Source of the DNA: Sedimentisphaerales bacterium
Lineage (GTDB): Bacteria; Planctomycetota; Phycisphaerae; Sedimentisphaerales; UBA12454
DNA: 64,000 nt
Assembly (NCBI GenBank): GCA_050014075.1
Contig: JBEKEA010000001.1
Span: forward strand, 53,764 to 117,763
Reading direction: 5' to 3'
The first letter of the stretch is position 1. The number at the start of each line of letters is the position of its first letter. This document shows, one piece after another, positions 9,036 through 21,149 of the stretch. The position numbers were made by a program, and so were the translations under genes. Under the pieces are notes generated by a model. That model ran no database searches. It was not told the origin of the DNA and worked only from the letters and a program-made list of their open reading frames with translations.

Positions 9036-12000
9036 TTATTCAAGACCCAAAGCAGCCCTTGTTGCAGCTTCCTTCTCGGCCTCGATATCATGACTTTCTT
9101 TAAGTTCTGCAAGTTCTTTAGGCAGCGGAGCCTTGGCAAGATGTTTGACTCTCATTTCAAGGTGCGGCCTGAATGCCGTCCCTGCGGGAATCAAATGTCC
9201 TAATATTACGTTTTCCTTCAAACCGCGTAATTCGTCTACTTTACCACCAAGAGCCGCTTCAGTCAAGACTTTGGTTGTCTCCTGGAAGCTGGCAGCCGAT
9301 ATAAAGCTTTCCGACTGCAATGACGCTTTGGTTATACCCATAAGCAGTGTTTTTGCAGTTGCCGGCCGTGGTTTCTTGCCCTTAGCGGTTGCGCCGCCGA
9401 GTTTTTCGACCTTTTCGTTGGCCTGTTCAATTTCTGCTTTTGTATAAACTTGATTGACTTTAAGGTCCGTTTCGCCCGGCTCGGAAATCTTGAGACTTTG
9501 AGCAAGTTCTTCGTTAGACCTTCGGAACGCCTGTTTTGATATAATATCGCCTGGCAGGAAATTGCTGTCGCCGATATATTCAATCTCAACTTTCTGCATC
9601 ATCTGCGAAAGGATAACTTCGATATGTTTATCGTTGATACCTACGTTCTGTGAACGGTAAACATTCTGAACTTCTGCAAGCAGGTATCTTTGCAGGGCCT
9701 CTTCGCCCTTGATTCTTAAAATATCGTGCGGAACAAGAGGACCATCTGTCAGCGCTTCGCCGGCCTCAACAATGTCTCCGGTATGAACGTTCAAATGTCT
9801 GTCGCGAGGAACGTGATGTTCTTTTTCCATTTTTTCGCTGCGGATAATGATTGTCATTTTTCCGCGGCGTTTATCGCTTTTAAGCTCGACTCGTCCGCTG
9901 ATTTCAGCCATCGCTGCCGGCTCTTTTGGTTTTCTGGCTTCGAAAATTTCAGTTACACGCGGCAGACCGCCGGTAATATCCTGCGTGCCGGCCTGGCCGC
10001 GAGGCTGTCTGGCAAGAAGCTGACCTGCCTGAACCTTTTGGCCTTCTATAACTTCAATTCTTGCCTTGGCAGGCAAATAATGAACGTCGAGTATCTTGCC
10101 GCCGCTTTCCTCTTCTATAATAACCTGCGGATGTTTATCGCCCTTATGTTCGATAACTACAGGTTTGCCTTTCAGGCCCTTGCGTTCTTCTTCGACCTGC
10201 ATTGTTTCGCCTTCGACAACATCGACAAAGCGAATCAAGCCGCCGATTTCGGCTAAGATAGGAACTCTGTGCGGGTCCCAACTGAACAATCTGCCTCTTG
10301 CCTTGACATGTTCGCCGTCTTTTACAAGAACTATCGCGCCATAAGGCACTTTGAATTTATCATATTCCCTGCCCTTATCGTCAATCAGCGCCATTTCACC
10401 GTTGCGTTTAAGAGCTATCAATTGTTCGCTGCCGTCTTCCTGTTTTACAGGCACAACATTAATGTCGCGGTACTGTATAATGCCGTCTCTGGGCGATTTC
10501 TGGTCGTTTTCGAGAATAGCACGCGATGCGATACCGCCTGTATGGAATGTTCTCATCGTAAGCTGAGTACCGGGCTCGCCGATTGATTGTGCGCCAATGA
10601 TTCCGACTGCCATGCCTTCTTCGACTGGTCTTCCGGTGCTCAGGTCCCAGCCGTAGCACTTTCCGCAGATGCCCAACTCGCTGTCGCATGTCAAAGAGCT
10701 TCTTACACGGATAGACTCAAGACCGAGTGCTTCAATCTTTTCAGCCGCCTGATGCGAGATAACTTCGTTTTCACGAACAATCATTTCGTCGGTTATCGGG
10801 TTGCGGATATTGTCGCGTGCGGTTCTGCCGATAATCAACTCTCGCAGAGGCACTTCAACCTGCTCGCCTTTATACAATGTTGTCTTCGTTATACCCTGCA
10901 GCGTGCCGCAGTCTATCTCATTAACAATCACATTCTGCGCCACATCTGCCAGTTTCCTTGTCAGGTAGCCTGAATCTGCCGTTTTCAATGCCGTATCGGC
11001 AAGACCTTTTCTTGCACCGTGCGTCGAGCTGAAATATTCCAGAACGTTAAGGCCTTCGCGGAAGTTAGACTTAATTGGCGTCTCGATAATTTCGCCGCTG
11101 GGCTTAGCCATCAAAGCTCGCATACCTGCAAGCTGCTGAATCTGGTCAACGCTGCCTCTTGCGCCTGAATCGCTCATCAGGTAAATCGGGTTAAGATATA
11201 GTTTGCCATTTCGGGTATCGTTTTTCATACCCTGAAGCATCGCATTGGTTACCGCGACACGGGCATGAGTCCAGGCATCGATTACCTGGTTGTATCTTTC
11301 GCCTTCGGTTAGAACGCCTTCATTAAAGCTCTTATGAATGCGGTCGATAATCTTCTGTGTACGGTCAATAATATCCTGCTTTTCAGGCGGCACTCTCAAA
11401 TCTATCAGGCCGATGCTTAATCCCGCCAGCGTCGCATATTTAAAGCCGAGTTCCTTCAAATCATCCAGAAGCTTAAGGCTTTTCCTGCCGTCGGCCATTG
11501 CAAAGCAATCGTTGATAACATTTTTGAGCATTTTCTGCGCCATCAGAACATTATAGAACGGCAGTTCTTTTGGCAGCACCTCATTGAAAATGCATCTGCC
11601 CGGCGTGGTCACAACTACACCTGTGCTCTCGCTTGTCCCGTCTTCGCCGACAACCTTCCTGCCTTTTGCGATGCCTACCTTTACTTTTGCATGAATACCT
11701 ACTTTGCCTATTTCATAAGACGTTATCGCTTCGGAAGGAGTAGCGAAAAGCATTCCTTCGCCTTTTTGGTCCGCTCTTGCGACTGTTATATAATAATTAC
11801 CCAGAACAATATCCTGCGATGGTCCGACCATTGGCGCACCATTTGCCGGCGAGAAAATATTATTGGTTGACATTATCAGCGTATGTGCTTCGACTTGGGC
11901 TTCCACGCTTAGCGGAAGATGTACCGCCATTTGGTCGCCGTCGAAGTCGGCATTAAAGCCCTTGCATACCAGCGGATGAAGCATTATAGCGTTACCTTCA

Positions 12001-13310
12001 ACCAATACTGGTTCGAACGCCTGGATACCCATCCTGTGCAGAGTCGGTGCACGGTTAAGCATTACCGGATGCTGATGAATTACCTTTTCCAGTATGTCCC
12101 ATACCTGCTCATCGCGTCTTTCGAGCATTCGTTTTGCGCTCTTTATCGTATCAGCGAAGCCGCGGTCTTTCAGTTCACGAATTATAAACGGCTGGAAAAG
12201 CTCAAGAGCGATTTTTTTCGGCAGACCGCACTGATGTAATTTCAGGTGAGGTCCGACAACGATAACAGAACGTGCCGAGTAATCGACTCTTTTGCCCAGC
12301 AGGTTTTCACGGAATCTGCCTTGCTTGCCTTTTATCATATCCGTCAGACTTTTAAGCGGTCTGTTATTGCTTCCCAGAACCGGCCTTCTGCATCTGCCGT
12401 TATCAAATAACGAATCAACCGCCTGCTGCAGCATTCTTTTTTCGTTACGAATGATGACTTCAGGCGCATTAAGATCCATTAGTTTTTTAAGTCTGTTATT
12501 TCTATTGATGATTCTTCGATAAAGGTCGTTTAGGTCGCTGGTCGCGAAGTTTCCGCTTTCCAGCATAACCAGCGGCCGCAAATCAGGCGGGATAACCGGT
12601 ACGACATCCATCACCAGCCATTCAGGTTTGTTCGGACTGCTCCTTACGGCGTTTACAGTTTTCAGCCGCTTGGAAAGGTCTTTTATTTTCTGTTTGCTGC
12701 TGGTTTTGCTTATGCCGGCTTTAAGGTCGCCACTCAATTGTTCAAGATTCAAAACAAGAAGAAGTTCTCTTACGGCTTCGGCGCCCATTGTCGCTTTGAA
12801 TGAGTTTCCGTATTTAACCAAAGCTTCGCGGTGCTCTTCTTCGTTTAAAAGCTGTCTGAATTTCAGCGGGCTTTGCCCAGGGTCAGTTACAATATAATCC
12901 TGAAAATAAATTACTTTCTCAAGGTCAACCGTCTTCATCGCAAGAAGCGAACCGAGCCTTGACGGCATTGCTTTGAAAAACCATATATGAACAACCGGCG
13001 CAGCGAGGTTGATATGTCCCATTCGTTTTCTTCTAACTCTGCTGTGCGTAACTTTTACGCCGCATCGGTCGCAAATAATGCCTTTGAACTTTGTGCCTTT
13101 GTACTTTCCGCACGAGCATTCCCAGTCCCGTTCAGGACCAAAAATTCTCTCGCAGAAAAGTCCGTCTTTCTCCGGCCGGTAAGTTCGATAGTTGATCGTC
13201 TCCGGCTTGCGAACTTCGCCAAACGACCAGCTCCGGATATCATTCGGGCTGGCAAGACTTATCTTTACCGAACCGTAATCGTTTATTTTGTCGTAAATAC
13301 TTTCAGCCAT
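9036..13310 (-). CDS. rpoC: RNA polymerase beta' subunit
   Basis: NADFDGD catalytic motif, N-terminal zinc finger, [15 protein letters not shown]. Confidence 0.99.
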   Translation of the reverse strand: MAESIYDKINDYGSVKISLASPNDIRSWSFGEVRKPETINYRTYRPEKDGLFCERIFGPERDWECSCGKYKGTKFKGIICDRCGVKVTHSRVRRKRMGHINLAAPVVHIWFFKAMPSRLGSLLAMKTVDLEKVIYFQDYIVTDPGQSPLKFRQLLNEEEHREALVKYGNSFKATMGAEAVRELLLVLNLEQLSGDLKAGISKTSSKQKIKDLSKRLKTVNAVRSSPNKPEWLVMDVVPVIPPDLRPLVMLESGNFATSDLNDLYRRIINRNNRLKKLMDLNAPEVIIRNEKRMLQQAVDSLFDNGRCRRPVLGSNNRPLKSLTDMIKGKQGRFRENLLGKRVDYSARSVIVVGPHLKLHQCGLPKKIALELFQPFIIRELKDRGFADTIKSAKRMLERRDEQVWDILEKVIHQHPVMLNRAPTLHRMGIQAFEPVLVEGNAIMLHPLVCKGFNADFDGDQMAVHLPLSVEAQVEAHTLIMSTNNIFSPANGAPMVGPSQDIVLGNYYITVARADQKGEGMLFATPSEAITSYEIGKVGIHAKVKVGIAKGRKVVGEDGTSESTGVVVTTPGRCIFNEVLPKELPFYNVLMAQKMLKNVINDCFAMADGRKSLKLLDDLKELGFKYATLAGLSIGLIDLRVPPEKQDIIDRTQKIIDRIHKSFNEGVLTEGERYNQVIDAWTHARVAVTNAMLQGMKNDTRNGKLYLNPIYLMSDSGARGSVDQIQQLAGMRALMAKPSGEIIETPIKSNFREGLNVLEYFSSTHGARKGLADTALKTADSGYLTRKLADVAQNVIVNEIDCGTLQGITKTTLYKGEQVEVPLRELIIGRTARDNIRNPITDEMIVRENEVISHQAAEKIEALGLESIRVRSSLTCDSELGICGKCYGWDLSTGRPVEEGMAVGIIGAQSIGEPGTQLTMRTFHTGGIASRAILENDQKSPRDGIIQYRDINVVPVKQEDGSEQLIALKRNGEMALIDDKGREYDKFKVPYGAIVLVKDGEHVKARGRLFSWDPHRVPILAEIGGLIRFVDVVEGETMQVEEERKGLKGKPVVIEHKGDKHPQVIIEEESGGKILDVHYLPAKARIEVIEGQKVQAGQLLARQPRGQAGTQDITGGLPRVTEIFEARKPKEPAAMAEISGRVELKSDKRRGKMTIIIRSEKMEKEHHVPRDRHLNVHTGDIVEAGEALTDGPLVPHDILRIKGEEALQRYLLAEVQNVYRSQNVGINDKHIEVILSQMMQKVEIEYIGDSNFLPGDIISKQAFRRSNEELAQSLKISEPGETDLKVNQVYTKAEIEQANEKVEKLGGATAKGKKPRPATAKTLLMGITKASLQSESFISAASFQETTKVLTEAALGGKVDELRGLKENVILGHLIPAGTAFRPHLEMRVKHLAKAPLPKELAELKESHDIEAEKEAATRAALGLE

Positions 13311-13360
13311 TTAAGCTTACTCCTGACTTTCGGTTATTACCGTTTATTTTGAAACAAACA

Positions 13361-16300
13361 TTACAGGCGTTTATTGCCTAATTGTTTTTTCTCAAGTTGA
13401 ATATTCAATCCCAGGCCGCGAATTTCGCTGCACAGAACGTCGAACGATATCGGCGTGCCGGCTTCGAGCGTATTTTTGCCTTTAACCATCGATTCATAAA
13501 TTTTAGTTCTGCCTTCGATGTCGTCGCTCTTGACTGTCAGCAATTCCTGCAGCGTATATGCCGCTCCGTATGCTTCCAGCGCCCAGACTTCCATTTCGCC
13601 GAATCTCTGGCCGCCGGTTCTGGCCTTGCCGCCGAGTGGCTGCTGCGTAATAAGACTGTACGGTCCTGTCGAGCGGGCATGAATCTTGTCGTCAACAAGA
13701 TGATGAAGTTTCATCATATATATATACCCAATCGTTACTGTCTGCTCGAATGGCTCACCCGTTCTGCCATCGTAAAGTTTTGTTTTCATATCGTCGCCGA
13801 TTTGAGCGAAAATCTCATCTGCCGGAGGTGCTTTTTTGCCGTCTTCCAGTTCCTTGGCTCGCTTTACTACATGTTCGTTTGTTTCCTTAAGAAGCTGTCT
13901 GATTTCATCTTCGGTAACTCCTGCAAAAACCGGCGTTACAGCATCGAAGCCCAGCACTTTAGCCGCCCAGCCCAGGTGCGTCTCAAGAATCTGTCCGACG
14001 TTCATTCTGCTTGGCACACCCAGCGGATTAAGACATATATCAATTGGCGTGCCGTCTTCCATATAAGGCATATCTTCTTCGGGCATAATTCTTGCGATAA
14101 CACCCTTGTTTCCGTGTCGGCCTGCCATTTTATCGCCGATACTCAGCGTTCGTTTGGTGGCAACATAAATCTTCACCATCTCAAGCACTCCGCTGGGCAA
14201 TTCATCGCCGTGCTTCATCCGTTCCAGTTTCGCTTTTGTCTCTTCGGCAAGTTCTTTAATTCTCGGCATATATTTATCGAGAATCTGCTGCGCCCCAGGC
14301 CGAATGTTGGCAGGTTTTACCCACGCAATATCGAAATTCTGAATCTGCTCATGAATAACTTCGTTATCTTCGCTGACGCCGACTTTCTGCCGTGTTGTCG
14401 GGTCAACTAATGCTACACCGTCAAGCTTTTCGGTCATCTCTGCAACCATTTGCTTGAAGAATGTGCTTTGACGGAGCTTCATTTCGGTTTCGTATTCCTT
14501 CATTTTCTGCTTCTGAATCTTTTTCAGATCTTCGCTGCCGGCGCCTTTGCGGGTAAAGCGGCTGGTCTTGATAACAATCCCGTTATATCCGCTGGGCATT
14601 TCAAGCGAATCGTTCTTTACATCTTCGCCTGCCCGGCCGAAAATCGCATGAAGCAGTTTTTCTTCAGGCGTAAGTTCGGTTTTGCTCTTTGGCGAAACTT
14701 TTCCTACAAGAATATCGCCGGCGTCCACTCGTGTACCTTCGCGCACTATGCCGGTTTCATCGAGGTTCCTCAGCATTTTTTCCCCGACATTTGGTATATC
14801 GCGGGTGAACTCTTCGCGTCCGAGTTTTGTCTCGCGAACTTCAACGCTGAACTCGTCGATATGTATGCTTGTAAAAGCGTCTTCTCGTACAAGTCTTTCG
14901 TTTATAAGAATAGCATCCTCAAAGTTGAAGCCGTCGAACGGAATAAAAGCCGCAAGCACATTCTTGCCAAGGGCCAGCACGCCGTCTTTTGTTCCGCCGC
15001 CGTCGGCGATAATTTCATTTTTCTTTACTTTTTGTCCCAGAGATACTATTGGCTCCTGGTTGAGACAGGTCCTTTCGTTAAGTCCGACGAACTTTTCGAG
15101 CTCGTAAATATCCGTATCGTTGATAACAATCTTTTTCGCGTCGACGACTGTTACTGCTCCGCTGCTTTGAGCCCGAACCACCATGCTCGAGTTCTGAGCG
15201 ACATAGGCTTCCATACCGGTCATCACTATAGATTGTTCAGTCTTCAGCAGCGGAACTGCCTGACGCATCATGTTTGAACCCATCAATGCTCTGTTGGCGT
15301 CATCGTGTTCCAAAAACGGTATTAATGCAGCAGACACACCGACAATCTGTTTGCTCGATATATCTACATAATCCACTTCTTTGCTTTCGACCTGAGCAAG
15401 TTCGCCAAACTTTCTGGCAAGAACAATCCCTTCCTGCAGTTTGTCGCCGCCTTTTTTAATGACGCTTGGCGGTGAAAACGTTAGTTCCATTTCCTCATCC
15501 GCTCTCAGGTAAACTACCTCTCCGGTAATTTTGCCTTTGTCCGCCTTTCGATATGGCGTCAAAAGGAATCCGTATTCGTCAACCTTCGAAAAAATCGCAA
15601 GAGATGCAATCAGTCCGATGTTGGTGCCTTCAGGCGTTTCAATCGGACATATTCTGCCGTAATGGCTTATATGAACGTCGCGAACTTCAAAGCCTGCGCG
15701 TTTGCGGTTTAATCCGCCCGGTCCCAGTGCCGATAGTCTTCGCTCATGTGTAAGCTGGCTTAACGAATTGGTCTGGTCGACAACCTGGCTCAATTCGCCT
15801 CTGCCGAAAAAGTATTCGATACTGCTCGATACACTTTTGGAGTTAACAAGGTCGGCGATTCGCTCGATTTCCTTCGGGTCCTTCATACTCATACGCTCCT
15901 GCACAGTTCTGCGCAGTTTCAAAAGACCCTTGCGTATTTCATCCGCCGCCAGCTCATCTATCGTTCTAAGCCTTCTATTGCCCAAATGGTCGATATCATC
16001 GATAACACCCTGACTGTTTCGCAATCCGACAATATATCGCATCGTATTGAGAAAATCTTCCGGCCTGAGTATCATTTCATTTTCTGCAACATTCTGTTTG
16101 AATTTGCGGTTAAGTCTGAATCTGCCTACTCTGCCGAGCCTATAGCGGTCTCCGTCATAGAATTTCTCATTAAATAGAGTCCTTGCTTTTTCTACATTCG
16201 GCGGATTTCCCGGCCGCAATCTCGCGTAAAGTTTCAGCAGTGCCTCGTCGTGGCTTTCACAATCGTCTTCCGCCAGGGTATTTAGCACCAGCGGGTCTGC

Positions 16301-17119
16301 CACTTTTACTATTACTTCAAGTTTCTTTATCGCGCTTCTTTCTATTTGTCCTATCCTGTCGCCGATTTGCGTCCCGGCTTCGACAATAATTTCGCCCGAC
16401 TCGGTATCGACTACCGGCCCGACCGCCCACATCGTTGGGTCAAGTTTATCTACAGATAATGTCTTTGTCTCATAGAACAGCCGGATAATAGCTTCCGCCT
16501 TGCCGTATTCTTCACTCATCGCCTTAAGAAACAGGGTCGCAGGAATCTTGCTCGACTGGTCGATACGAACAATCAGTACATCTTTTTTCGTAACAGAAAT
16601 TTCAATCCAGCTTCCGCGTTCAGGAATAATCCTGCCGCCGTGCAGAACTCTGTCGCCTTCCTTGCTTTCGATAAGAAAATCTACGCCAGGCGAACGGTGA
16701 AGCTGATTGACGATTACTCTTTCGGCTCCGTTGATAATAAACTCTCCGCCGCCAATCATTATCGGTATCTCGGCAAGATAAACGACCTGCTCAGCGACGT
16801 CTGCGGCGTCTTTACGCTTCATTCGGCAGCGTATTTTCATAGGATAACCGTATGTAAGACGCAGTTCTCTGCATTCATTTGGCGAATAGCGAGGCTTGTC
16901 AAGCTCATAGCCCAGGCATTCCAAGCTCACCGTTTTGTCATAGCTCTCTATCGGAAAAATTTCCTGGAACAGAGCTTCCAAACCGATTTTCTTCCTTTTT
17001 TGGAACGAAACACCTTCCTGCAGAAATCTTTCATAACTTGCCCGCTGAACCTCGATAAGATCCGGAATAGCCATTGCATCTGAAATCTTACCGAAATCGC
17101 GAATTGTCTTTGTGCCCAT
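13361..17119 (-). CDS. rpoB: RNA polymerase beta subunit
   Basis: [28 protein letters not shown] at 17119 has a GGAG RBS; alternative start at 17131. Confidence 0.99.
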   Translation of the reverse strand: MGTKTIRDFGKISDAMAIPDLIEVQRASYERFLQEGVSFQKRKKIGLEALFQEIFPIESYDKTVSLECLGYELDKPRYSPNECRELRLTYGYPMKIRCRMKRKDAADVAEQVVYLAEIPIMIGGGEFIINGAERVIVNQLHRSPGVDFLIESKEGDRVLHGGRIIPERGSWIEISVTKKDVLIVRIDQSSKIPATLFLKAMSEEYGKAEAIIRLFYETKTLSVDKLDPTMWAVGPVVDTESGEIIVEAGTQIGDRIGQIERSAIKKLEVIVKVADPLVLNTLAEDDCESHDEALLKLYARLRPGNPPNVEKARTLFNEKFYDGDRYRLGRVGRFRLNRKFKQNVAENEMILRPEDFLNTMRYIVGLRNSQGVIDDIDHLGNRRLRTIDELAADEIRKGLLKLRRTVQERMSMKDPKEIERIADLVNSKSVSSSIEYFFGRGELSQVVDQTNSLSQLTHERRLSALGPGGLNRKRAGFEVRDVHISHYGRICPIETPEGTNIGLIASLAIFSKVDEYGFLLTPYRKADKGKITGEVVYLRADEEMELTFSPPSVIKKGGDKLQEGIVLARKFGELAQVESKEVDYVDISSKQIVGVSAALIPFLEHDDANRALMGSNMMRQAVPLLKTEQSIVMTGMEAYVAQNSSMVVRAQSSGAVTVVDAKKIVINDTDIYELEKFVGLNERTCLNQEPIVSLGQKVKKNEIIADGGGTKDGVLALGKNVLAAFIPFDGFNFEDAILINERLVREDAFTSIHIDEFSVEVRETKLGREEFTRDIPNVGEKMLRNLDETGIVREGTRVDAGDILVGKVSPKSKTELTPEEKLLHAIFGRAGEDVKNDSLEMPSGYNGIVIKTSRFTRKGAGSEDLKKIQKQKMKEYETEMKLRQSTFFKQMVAEMTEKLDGVALVDPTTRQKVGVSEDNEVIHEQIQNFDIAWVKPANIRPGAQQILDKYMPRIKELAEETKAKLERMKHGDELPSGVLEMVKIYVATKRTLSIGDKMAGRHGNKGVIARIMPEEDMPYMEDGTPIDICLNPLGVPSRMNVGQILETHLGWAAKVLGFDAVTPVFAGVTEDEIRQLLKETNEHVVKRAKELEDGKKAPPADEIFAQIGDDMKTKLYDGRTGEPFEQTVTIGYIYMMKLHHLVDDKIHARSTGPYSLITQQPLGGKARTGGQRFGEMEVWALEAYGAAYTLQELLTVKSDDIEGRTKIYESMVKGKNTLEAGTPISFDVLCSEIRGLGLNIQLEKKQLGNKRL

Positions 17120-17148
17120 TAGACACTCCATAAAAAATGTGTCAAAAT

Positions 17149-17222
17149 TAGTTATCAGTTATCAGAAACTCAGTTATCAGAAAAAATTTGACTGATAACC
17201 GATAACTGATAACTGATAACTA
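17149..17222. repeat. Inverted arrays of heptamer GTTATCA / TGATAAC
   Basis: gttatcagttatcag...cagttatcag, then ctgataaccgataactgataactgataac; forms a long hairpin between rplL and rpoB. Confidence 0.8.
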
Positions 17223-17228
17223 CATTAT

Positions 17229-17633
17229 TTATTTAATTTCGACAGTAGCGCCGGCTGATTCAAGCTGCTTCTTTGCTGCCTCGGCTTCATCTTTGCCAAG
17301 ACCTTCTTTAACAGCCTTTGGTGCTGCTTCGACAAGGTCTTTTGCCTCTTTAAGGCCCAGACCTGTAAGTGCACGTACTTCCTTGATGACCTGAATCTTT
17401 TTCTCGCCGGCTGCTTTGAGGATTACGTCGAAGCTGGTCTTTTCTGCTGCAACTTCTGCTGCTGCTGCCGGACCTGCCATCATAACGGCTCCGCCTGCTG
17501 CCGGTTCGATTCCGTGTACTTCTTTAAGATAATCGCCCAACTCTTTTGCCTGCATCAGTGTCAGCTTGACAATCTGGTCGCCTAACTGTGATATTTCAGG
17601 ACTCCACTGCTTTGTTGTTGTTTCGTCTGCCAT
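17229..17633 (-). CDS. rplL: 50S ribosomal protein L7/L12
   Basis: [24 protein letters not shown]. Confidence 0.98.
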   Translation of the reverse strand: MADETTTKQWSPEISQLGDQIVKLTLMQAKELGDYLKEVHGIEPAAGGAVMMAGPAAAAEVAAEKTSFDVILKAAGEKKIQVIKEVRALTGLGLKEAKDLVEAAPKAVKEGLGKDEAEAAKKQLESAGATVEIK

Positions 17634-17828
17634 TTTATTTACTCCTGTTTCTATCGCTTCGCGTCTGCCTCAGCTACACCGCTGTGTTTAACCCTTTTCA
17701 GGGACACCCGCAAAAAGCAAAAATTACCTTTTTTCGTTTACATCTTTTTAATCAGCGTAATCTGCGATTAAAAAAATGCTTTCCCGTTTAATTAATTCCT
17801 ATTTACATTTCAAAGTTCAGTATTTTAA

Positions 17829-17868
17829 GTTCGACGTTCAACGTTCAATGTTCGATGTTGGACGTTAA
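17829..17868. repeat. Heptamer tandem repeat, unit approximately GTTCRAY
   Basis: gttcgacgttcaacgttcaatgttcgatgttggacgttaa between rplJ and rplL. Confidence 0.75.
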
Positions 17869-17879
17869 ATAAATTTTCT

Positions 17880-18416
17880 CTAAGCTGCTGTTTTCTCAGT
17901 TGTCTCTTCCTTGTCCGCAAGCGTCTTTATGCAGCCTGCGATAATCCCTGCCGGTGCGCCAATCGCTGATGCCAGTCTTCTCGCCGGAGAATTGGCAAGC
18001 ATAATAATCTCGCCTTGAAGTTCGGCTCTGCTTTTCATCTTCGAAAGGCTCATTGCGCTCTCGGCGTTCAATACCGCGCCTTCGACGTATGCGCTTCTGA
18101 TTTTTACCGTGATTTTTTTCGGGATAGCGGCTACTTCTCTTGCGACATCGACGATATTATCGCCGCCGTATGCGACCGTGCATGAACCGGTTAGAAACAG
18201 GTCCATTGCATTCGTTTTATCGAGCGATTTCATCGCCTGACGCATCATCGCGTTTCTTACCATCGTAAGTTTGATGCCTTTGTCGCGAAATTTGCCGCGA
18301 AGATTATTATTGGTAATGCCGTCGACACCGGTAATATCAAGTACCAGAAAATCGCTGACGTTTTTAAACTTGTTCTCAAGTTCACTTATTAAAAGCTGTT
18401 TTACGTTTTTACTCAT
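17880..18416 (-). CDS. rplJ: 50S ribosomal protein L10
   Basis: Position between rplA and rplL; VRNAMMR and LSKMKSRAEL motifs. Confidence 0.95.
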   Translation of the reverse strand: MSKNVKQLLISELENKFKNVSDFLVLDITGVDGITNNNLRGKFRDKGIKLTMVRNAMMRQAMKSLDKTNAMDLFLTGSCTVAYGGDNIVDVAREVAAIPKKITVKIRSAYVEGAVLNAESAMSLSKMKSRAELQGEIIMLANSPARRLASAIGAPAGIIAGCIKTLADKEETTEKTAA

Positions 18417-18439
18417 ATTTGCACCTGTTAAATATCAGT

Positions 18440-19129
18440 TTAAAATTCAGAAACATCCACCATAACGCCCGGGCTCATTGTCGCTTTTATCGACACCTTT
18501 TTAATATAAGTGCCTTTGGAGCTCGCGGGTTTTATTTTCTTTATTACTTCCATAAATGCCCGGATATTGTCGATTAATTTACTATCATCGAAGCTGAATT
18601 TACCGACAACTGTATGAACATTTCCGCCGGTATCTGCTTTGAATTCCGACTTGCCTGCCGCAAATTCCCTCACAGCGGTAATAACATCCAGCGTAACCGT
18701 ACCATTTTTCGGAGATGGCATTTTACCTTGAGGACCCAGGACCTTGCCGAGTCTGCCTGCTTTGCCCATTACTTTAGGCGAAGCTACCGCTACATCGAAA
18801 TCCATCCAGCCGCCGGTAATCTTCTTTACCAGTTCATCGCAGCCGGCTTCGATAGCTCCTGCCTGTTTTGCTGCTTCGATATCGGAGTCTTCGCAGAATG
18901 CTATTACTTTCTTGCTCTTGCCGATTCCGTGAGGCAGTGAAATTGCGCCGCGAATAATCTGGTCGGCTTGCTTAATGTCGATTCCCAGCCAAACTACACA
19001 ATCGATGCTCTGGTCGAACTTCATTGGGGAAAAAGCTTTAACTTTCTTTACCGCATCGACCAGTTTAAACGGCGTTTCTGGCAAATCCTTTGCCGATGCT
19101 TTATACTTCTTACTTCTTACGATTTTCAT
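18440..19129 (-). CDS. rplA: 50S ribosomal protein L1
   Basis: KFDQSID, LPHGIGK, LGPQGKMPSPKNGTV; ATG at 19129 with GGAG RBS. Confidence 0.97.
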   Translation of the reverse strand: MKIVRSKKYKASAKDLPETPFKLVDAVKKVKAFSPMKFDQSIDCVVWLGIDIKQADQIIRGAISLPHGIGKSKKVIAFCEDSDIEAAKQAGAIEAGCDELVKKITGGWMDFDVAVASPKVMGKAGRLGKVLGPQGKMPSPKNGTVTLDVITAVREFAAGKSEFKADTGGNVHTVVGKFSFDDSKLIDNIRAFMEVIKKIKPASSKGTYIKKVSIKATMSPGVMVDVSEF

Positions 19130-19213
19130 TTTTTGTTCTCCGCAAAATTTACCCGCCTTTGGCGGGCTTTTTTTAAAATTTCGCTCCCACTGCAAAGCCG
19201 TGGTAAGCTCTTT

Positions 19214-19639
19214 TTATTTTTCTACTTCGATTCCCATACTCCTTGCCGTGCCTTCAATTATTCTGCACGCATGGTCTGTATCGAAAGCGTTAAGGTCTTT
19301 CATTTTCCTTTCGGCTATTTTCTTTACCTGTTCCTTGGTTACTTTGCCGACTTTTTCTTTATTTGGCGTTCCGCTGCCCTTTGCGACCTGTGCTTCCTGT
19401 CTGAGCAGGACCGCGGCAGGCGGACTTTTCACTATAAATTCGAATGTCCTGTCGGAAAATACTGTTATTTCCACAGGAACTGTCATTCCATTCAGCTCTT
19501 TTGTTCTTTCGTTGAACTGCTGAACGAACTGACCGATATTTACGCCGTGCTGGCCCAATGCAGGTCCTATTGGCGGGGCTGGTGTTGCCTGGCCGCCTGG
19601 TGCCTGTAATTTTATTTTACCTGTAATTTCTTTTGCCAT
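19214..19639 (-). CDS. rplK: 50S ribosomal protein L11
   Basis: [18 protein letters not shown] and GTARSMGI. Confidence 0.98.
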   Translation of the reverse strand: MAKEITGKIKLQAPGGQATPAPPIGPALGQHGVNIGQFVQQFNERTKELNGMTVPVEITVFSDRTFEFIVKSPPAAVLLRQEAQVAKGSGTPNKEKVGKVTKEQVKKIAERKMKDLNAFDTDHACRIIEGTARSMGIEVEK

Positions 19640-19652
19640 TTATAAACCTTTG

Positions 19653-20201
19653 TTAAACTTTTTCTATTTGCCAATATTCTATATCCAGCGGCGTGCTTCT
19701 TCCGAATATTGTAACTATTACTCTTACAACGCCGCGTTCTGTATCGATTGAATCTACTGCGCCTTCGAAGTTTTCAAAGGCTCCTTCGCGAATCTTGACG
19801 ATATCGCCCTTGGCGAAATCAACCTTGATATTTGCCGCCGTTTGTTCGCCGACTTTTTCTACTTCGCTCAATATCTTAGCGACATCTGTATCGCTCATCG
19901 AAACAGGCAATCCTTCCGTTCCGACAAAATCGCCTACTCCGATTGTTTCTTTTATGAGAAACCACGCCTTTTCGCTTATCTTGCCGTCGGCATCCGGTTC
20001 TATTTCCATAAAAACATAACCGGGGTAGAGTTTGCGCTTCTGCACTTTTTGTTTACCGCTGCGAATCCGCTTGACCTGCTCTACCGGCACAATGACTCTG
20101 CCGATAACACTTTCAAGGGCTTCCAGCGTAACCTTACGCACAAGCGTTTCTCTTACCTGCTCCTCCCTGTTGGAGGCTACTCTTAGTACATACCACCGCA
20201 T
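19653..20201 (-). CDS. nusG: Transcription termination/antitermination factor NusG
   Basis: RWYVL, YPGYV, KOW motif, IFGRSTP. Confidence 0.97.
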   Translation of the reverse strand: MRWYVLRVASNREEQVRETLVRKVTLEALESVIGRVIVPVEQVKRIRSGKQKVQKRKLYPGYVFMEIEPDADGKISEKAWFLIKETIGVGDFVGTEGLPVSMSDTDVAKILSEVEKVGEQTAANIKVDFAKGDIVKIREGAFENFEGAVDSIDTERGVVRVIVTIFGRSTPLDIEYWQIEKV

Positions 20202-20256
20202 ATTTTATTTTTCATCCTGAATCGTTTGTCATCCTCCGCCTGAGGGGGTAACAAAC

Positions 20257-20658
20257 TTAAATCCCAATTACGTTCGTGAAGAACAGATCGAAAACGAAGT
20301 CAGCCGCTCCGAGCATAAACGCCATAAAAAACATAACGATGATTACTATAAACGTTGATGTCATTATTTCTTTTCTCGAGCTGAAGCTTACCTTTTTCAG
20401 TTCGCCTTCTGCCGCTATCAAAAAGTCTGCCACTGTCGGCCGGTTTACAAGCCAGTAGAGAAACGCTGCAATTAATGCAAAGAGTCCCAGCGGTACTGTT
20501 GCGCTTATCCACAGGCCTGTTGCCTGGGTAACATCCAGCGTTCCCTGGAGTTTGTCATAAAGTCTCCAGCAGCCGATAGCTGCCAAAACTGCTATTGCCA
20601 CCGCGCTGTAAAGTCGGGTATCTTTACCCTGACCCCATTTATATTGTTCTATAAGCAT
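20257..20658 (-). CDS. secE: Preprotein translocase SecE, three-TM form
   Basis: FLIAAEGELKKVSFSSRKE motif; located between tRNA-Trp and nusG. Confidence 0.92.
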   Translation of the reverse strand: MLIEQYKWGQGKDTRLYSAVAIAVLAAIGCWRLYDKLQGTLDVTQATGLWISATVPLGLFALIAAFLYWLVNRPTVADFLIAAEGELKKVSFSSRKEIMTSTFIVIIVMFFMAFMLGAADFVFDLFFTNVIGI

Positions 20659-20781
20659 TTATGACCTCAAAAATTTTAACAAACGGTTCTACCGTCGCTT
20701 ATCTATTTCTTTAACTCTTACTTCGCTATTTCCTTTAGCCTCCTGTTTCCATTTTTTTCCGCCCCGCCGGCTTAAAAAAAG

Positions 20782-20854
20782 CAGGCCAGGGAGGAATTGA
20801 ACCCCCAACCTTTGGTTTTGGAAACCAACGCTCTGCCAATTGAGCTACTGGCCT
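20782..20854 (-). tRNA. tRNA-Trp (CCA), 3' CCA not encoded
   Basis: AGGCCAG acceptor stem, anticodon arm TTGGT-TTCCAAA-ACCAA, GGTTCAATTCC T-loop. Confidence 0.95.
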
Positions 20855-20908
20855 AATTTTATAACTCACAAGCGTCTCTCTTCGCTTCTAATTTGGTCGC
20901 CCGGCGAA

Positions 20909-21076
20909 CTATTTACGTCTTAACTTGTGAACCGTCCGCTTGCGCTCATGCTTGCAGAACTTCTTAAGTTCAAGCTTAGGAGTTCCCTGCGATACGTTAA
21001 TCTGCGTTCGGTAATTCCGCTGACCGCATTCTTTGCATTCAAGCCAGACATCTTCGCGTTTTTTCGCCTTGGCCAT
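20909..21076 (-). CDS. rpmG: 50S ribosomal protein L33
   Basis: LECKECGQRNY and LELKKFCKHERKRTVH; start at MAKAKK. Confidence 0.95.
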   Translation of the reverse strand: MAKAKKREDVWLECKECGQRNYRTQINVSQGTPKLELKKFCKHERKRTVHKLRRK

Positions 21077-21101
21077 ATTTATCCTGTCTAAACATTTATT
21101 A

Positions 21102-21133
21102 AACGGCAATCCCGGTTTATCGGGACTGCCGTT
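21102..21133. terminator. Hairpin between tuf and rpmG (possible terminator or stabiliser)
   Basis: aacggcaatcccg-gtttat-cgggactgccgtt; no strong U-tract. Confidence 0.45.
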
Positions 21134-21149
21134 CTAATTTCAAAATTAC

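Noticed and set aside
13382-15277. Long plus-strand ORFs (342 and 275 aa) opposite rpoB, and similarly 21390-22466 opposite tuf
   Set aside because: Antisense shadow frames of conserved genes with no recognisable motifs.
15720-15815. Rifampicin-resistance substitutions in RpoB cluster I
   Set aside because: Key positions equivalent to Q513, D516, H526, R529 and S531 are conserved; other differences look lineage-typical.
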